A DNA stretch of 64,000 bases from Felis catus (lineage: Eukaryota), in NCBI RefSeq assembly GCF_018350175.1, contig NC_058373.1, forward strand, positions 102,550,001-102,614,000, given 5' to 3'. Numbering within the stretch: the first letter of the stretch is position 1; the number at the start of each line of letters is the position of its first letter. The notes under the pieces are model-generated. The model had not been told where the DNA came from, made no database searches, and saw nothing but the letters and a program-made list of their open reading frames with translations. Below, one piece after another: positions 60,862-64,000 of this stretch. The position numbers and the translations under genes are program-made.

Positions 60862-61655
60862 AAGATTTTTTTTACTCTTAAAAAAGAGAGATACAGGGAG
60901 GAAAAAATGCTCTTTAGGGTAGGATCCAGCTTTTAGGGCTTGAAATTTATACAATTTGGGGGGCCCTCTTTAAGAAAAAGTTCATAACATTGTTTTGCTT
61001 TTTTATAGCTTACAAAAATATATTATCATGTGATGGCATTCCAAGGGTGTTTTCCAGGGCCTTTGAAAGATCCTGTGGAAGTGAAGGGTTCTAAAGCTTA
61101 AGCTTCTTTAGTTTCACTGTAAATCATCACTGGCAGCCTTTTTTTCTGAACATGTTGTTCTCATGGACGAACTATGGCAGCCGTCTTGGGACCATGAGGA
61201 AAACCAGTGTAAAGGAACAGACAACACACTGAGGAAAGCACAGTGCAAAGATGAAAGGAATTGTGTTGGGATCATAGTGCCTGGATTTCTCAACCTTGGA
61301 AGTCCTTTAAGTGCAGGCTTCTTTTATGAAAAATGATAACTATGTTTATTGTTTTGACCACTCTTCAATAATCTGTAGTCAAAGGGATCCAAACAAAAAC
61401 AACAAACCCCTACTCTCTCCATTGTTTCGCGTGCATGTGCACGCGTGCACACACGCACACAAACACACGCACAAATATGTGGGAACAGTAGAACCCTAAA
61501 TATGTGAAAAGGAGATAATCTCAGGGTATGAGATGATCTTCTACCTCAAATTATATTAGCATTATGGAAAAATTAATTCATTATCCTAGTTTTTCTCATT
61601 AGCTGTATACCCCGTGAAAATTCCACCATGGTATTTGGGAAGCACTGGTCTAGAC

Positions 61656-62396
61656 CAGTGCTGCTCAAAGTGTGGTCCATATTAGGCTAGTGCCAGTCCA
61701 TGAACTGTTCATTATCAGTCTATAATGAAATAAGTCCACAAATTGAGAGTAAGAATTTAGAAACTTTTTACAGCACTTGGAGATTCAACAGAGTAGTTTT
61801 ATGTCTGTTGAATGTAATAACTTAAAAATTGGGGAGCTTGTACTTTGCATGTCTCTGGATTTTTAAAAATTTAAATGTATCTTTTATTTTAGAACAGTTT
61901 TAGATTTACAGAAAAATTATGAAGTAGTACAGAGCATTTCCATCTCAGTTTACCTATTATTAACATCATAACTTTAGTGTGGTACATGTGTTACAATTAA
62001 TGAACCAATATTGATATATCATTGTTAATAAACTCCATATTTTATTCAGATTTCCCTAGTCTGAACTTTTTCTGTTTTGTTGGTCCTTCTTGTGTTCCAG
62101 AATCCCATCCAGGATGCCACATTACATTTAGTTGTCATGCCTCTTCAGGCTCTTATTGGCTGTGACAGTTTTTCAGACTTTTCTTATTTTTGATGGCCTT
62201 GATAGTTTTGAGGAGAACCGGTCAGTTATTTACAGAATGTCCCTTAATTGAGATTTGTCTGATGTTTCTCTTATGGGTAGTATGTCTTTGTTTCTCATTT
62301 TATTTTTCTAATTTTTTTTTTTTTTTGTATTTTACAAAAGTATCAATCTGCAACAGATTAGAGAAATCCTTATCACAGATAGTTTGAGGAGCACTG
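61656..62396. mobile_element. hAT-Charlie (MER5-group-like) element interrupted by an old L1 3' fragment (~61860-62310)
   Basis: TIRs CAGTGCTGCTCAAA / TTTGAGGAGCACTG. 8-bp TSD GTCTAGAC / GTCTAAAC. Confidence 0.85.
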
Positions 62397-62554
62397 GTCT
62401 AAACCACTATTGTTCCACTCTAAGCATTTAAAATTCTGAAACAATTTCTTCTAACTAAACTATTGGTTTATTGTTAGATACTGTTATTTTTTCTGAATCA
62501 AAGTATTAGGAGTGGGGACTTCTAAATTTGAATCTCAAGAAAGGTAAATTACCT

Positions 62555-62738
62555 TTAAAAAATGTTTATTTATTTTTTTTTAGAGAGAGTGCACATGCGT
62601 GCAAGTGTACGCATGAGTGAGGTTGGAGGGGGCAGAGAGAGAGGGAGAGAGAATCTCAACGCAAGGCTTGAACCCACAAACAGTGAGATCATGACCTGAG
62701 CTGAAATCAAGGGTTCGATGCTTAATGGACGGCTCCCC
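62555..62738 (-). mobile_element. Internally deleted Can-SINE
   Basis: TSD TAAATTACCTTT. Confidence 0.85.
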
Positions 62739-63452
62739 AATAAATTACCTTTTTAGAAGATTATCTTTTTGGCTATCTATCCTAGGTCAGTAAATGCTCG
62801 ATGGCTTACAAAGCATTGGAAAACACAAGCACAAATCAACTTTCAGCCATGAAGGAATGTCATGTTTCTGAATCAAGATCTTTATCCATGGGGTTTTCAT
62901 GAAACTTAAGCCAGAAGCCCAGAGGTATCATGTAGACCCAAAAATAGCTATAGTGACTACTCATGTACATTCTGTTTCATTTTGCCTCCTTGCCAGCTGT
63001 TTCATTTTGGTTTTTCCTCTTCCCTCTTAATTTCACTACACTAAGTACCTTGAGCATTGACAGCCAAACTTTTTCCACTATATCACATTCCTCAGAAGGT
63101 TATCACTACCATATTCATCTTTTTAATTTTATGTCTCTTGTGATATACTCATTTTATTCATATAAGGAGTCCCCTAAACCTTCCTTCTTTGGGGATTCTA
63201 CCTTTGATCCTTGTGTCCAGAAACCTTGCTATAATGAATCTGCTTTGGGCTTTGATGCTAAAAGCTTCATTTGGTACATGTTTCTTCCTTGAAACGTGAT
63301 TCTTCCAGTTGCAAGATGCATGTTAAACAGTGTACATAAACCATTGTACGCCACTTCCTTTAGTTTCTTTTTATAATTCATGAAAGTATAGCCCATTTTT
63401 GCTTTGTTTAATGTCACAGCCTTTAATTTTGGGTTTACATCTCCTTTTTGCT

Positions 63453-63646
63453 TTTTAAAAAAATGTTCATTTTTGAGAGAGAGAGAGAGAGAAAGAGAGG
63501 AAGAGCGGGGGAGGAGCAGAGAGGGAGTGGGATAGCTTTGGCACTGACAGCACTGAGCTGATGCAGGACTCGAACTCACGAACCGAACCGTGAGATCATG
63601 ACCTGAGCTGAAGTCAGATGTTCAACCAACTGAGCCACCAGACATC
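63453..63646 (-). mobile_element. Can-SINE
   Basis: TSD TCTCCTTTTTGCTTT. Confidence 0.88.
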
Positions 63647-64000
63647 TCTCCTTTTTGCTTGTGAAGCTTTTGACTTCATTTTGAACAGCTAGTTCTAATT
63701 TCTTGCCTCACTTATTTTGATAGAGACAGCCATGAATTTGAGTTCGTTTTGGCTGGTTGTTCAATGAGAAGGTTGAGTCGCTATGAAGGATTTTCAAGAA
63801 CATTTTGCCTTAAGACTCTTGAATCTCATTTTAAAATTGTGGTAAGACGGTCCTTGCCCCCTCCTCAATCCTTACATAACAGTTGCCAACACAGAAGGAT
63901 GAAGAAAAGCGCGCGTAAGACTGACTACCCTTTGTGCATTCAGGGAACGGATGTGCAAGATGTGTTCATGGGCAAGATGCTGTTGCTACTTCAGTACCGT

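Noticed and set aside
61426..61472. Alternating purine-pyrimidine tract with a palindrome (Z-DNA candidate)
   Set aside because: A degenerate (CA/CG)n microsatellite. Palindromes arise trivially in such low-complexity sequence.

Overview
Mammalian genomic DNA from a cat-family carnivore, judged from the many SINEC_Fc-like tRNA-derived SINEs and a young L1_Fc-like LINE. The left ~30 kb holds TBPL2 (TBP2/TRF3, the oocyte TATA-binding-protein paralogue) on the minus strand. Six coding exons (54+461+88+92+168+95 nt, all GT-AG, phases matching) join into one open frame. I could not find the last coding exon, which probably lies left of the window. The TBPL2 introns carry a 4.9-kb 5'-truncated young L1 nested inside an older L1, an RPS15A processed pseudogene, a 27-nt tailless U6 retrocopy and many SINEs. 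The right ~34 kb has no credible coding exons and consists of SINEs, MaLR/ERV LTRs, old L1/L2/MIR, Tigger and hAT-Charlie relics, and some unique sequence. I see no new biological system. The best leads are an out-of-frame upstream ORF at the TBPL2 start, inverted young SINEs flanking exon 3, a (UG)n tract at the exon 2 donor, the nested L1 and the tailless U6 copy. Repeat subfamily names are recalled from memory, and boundaries of old repeats are approximate.
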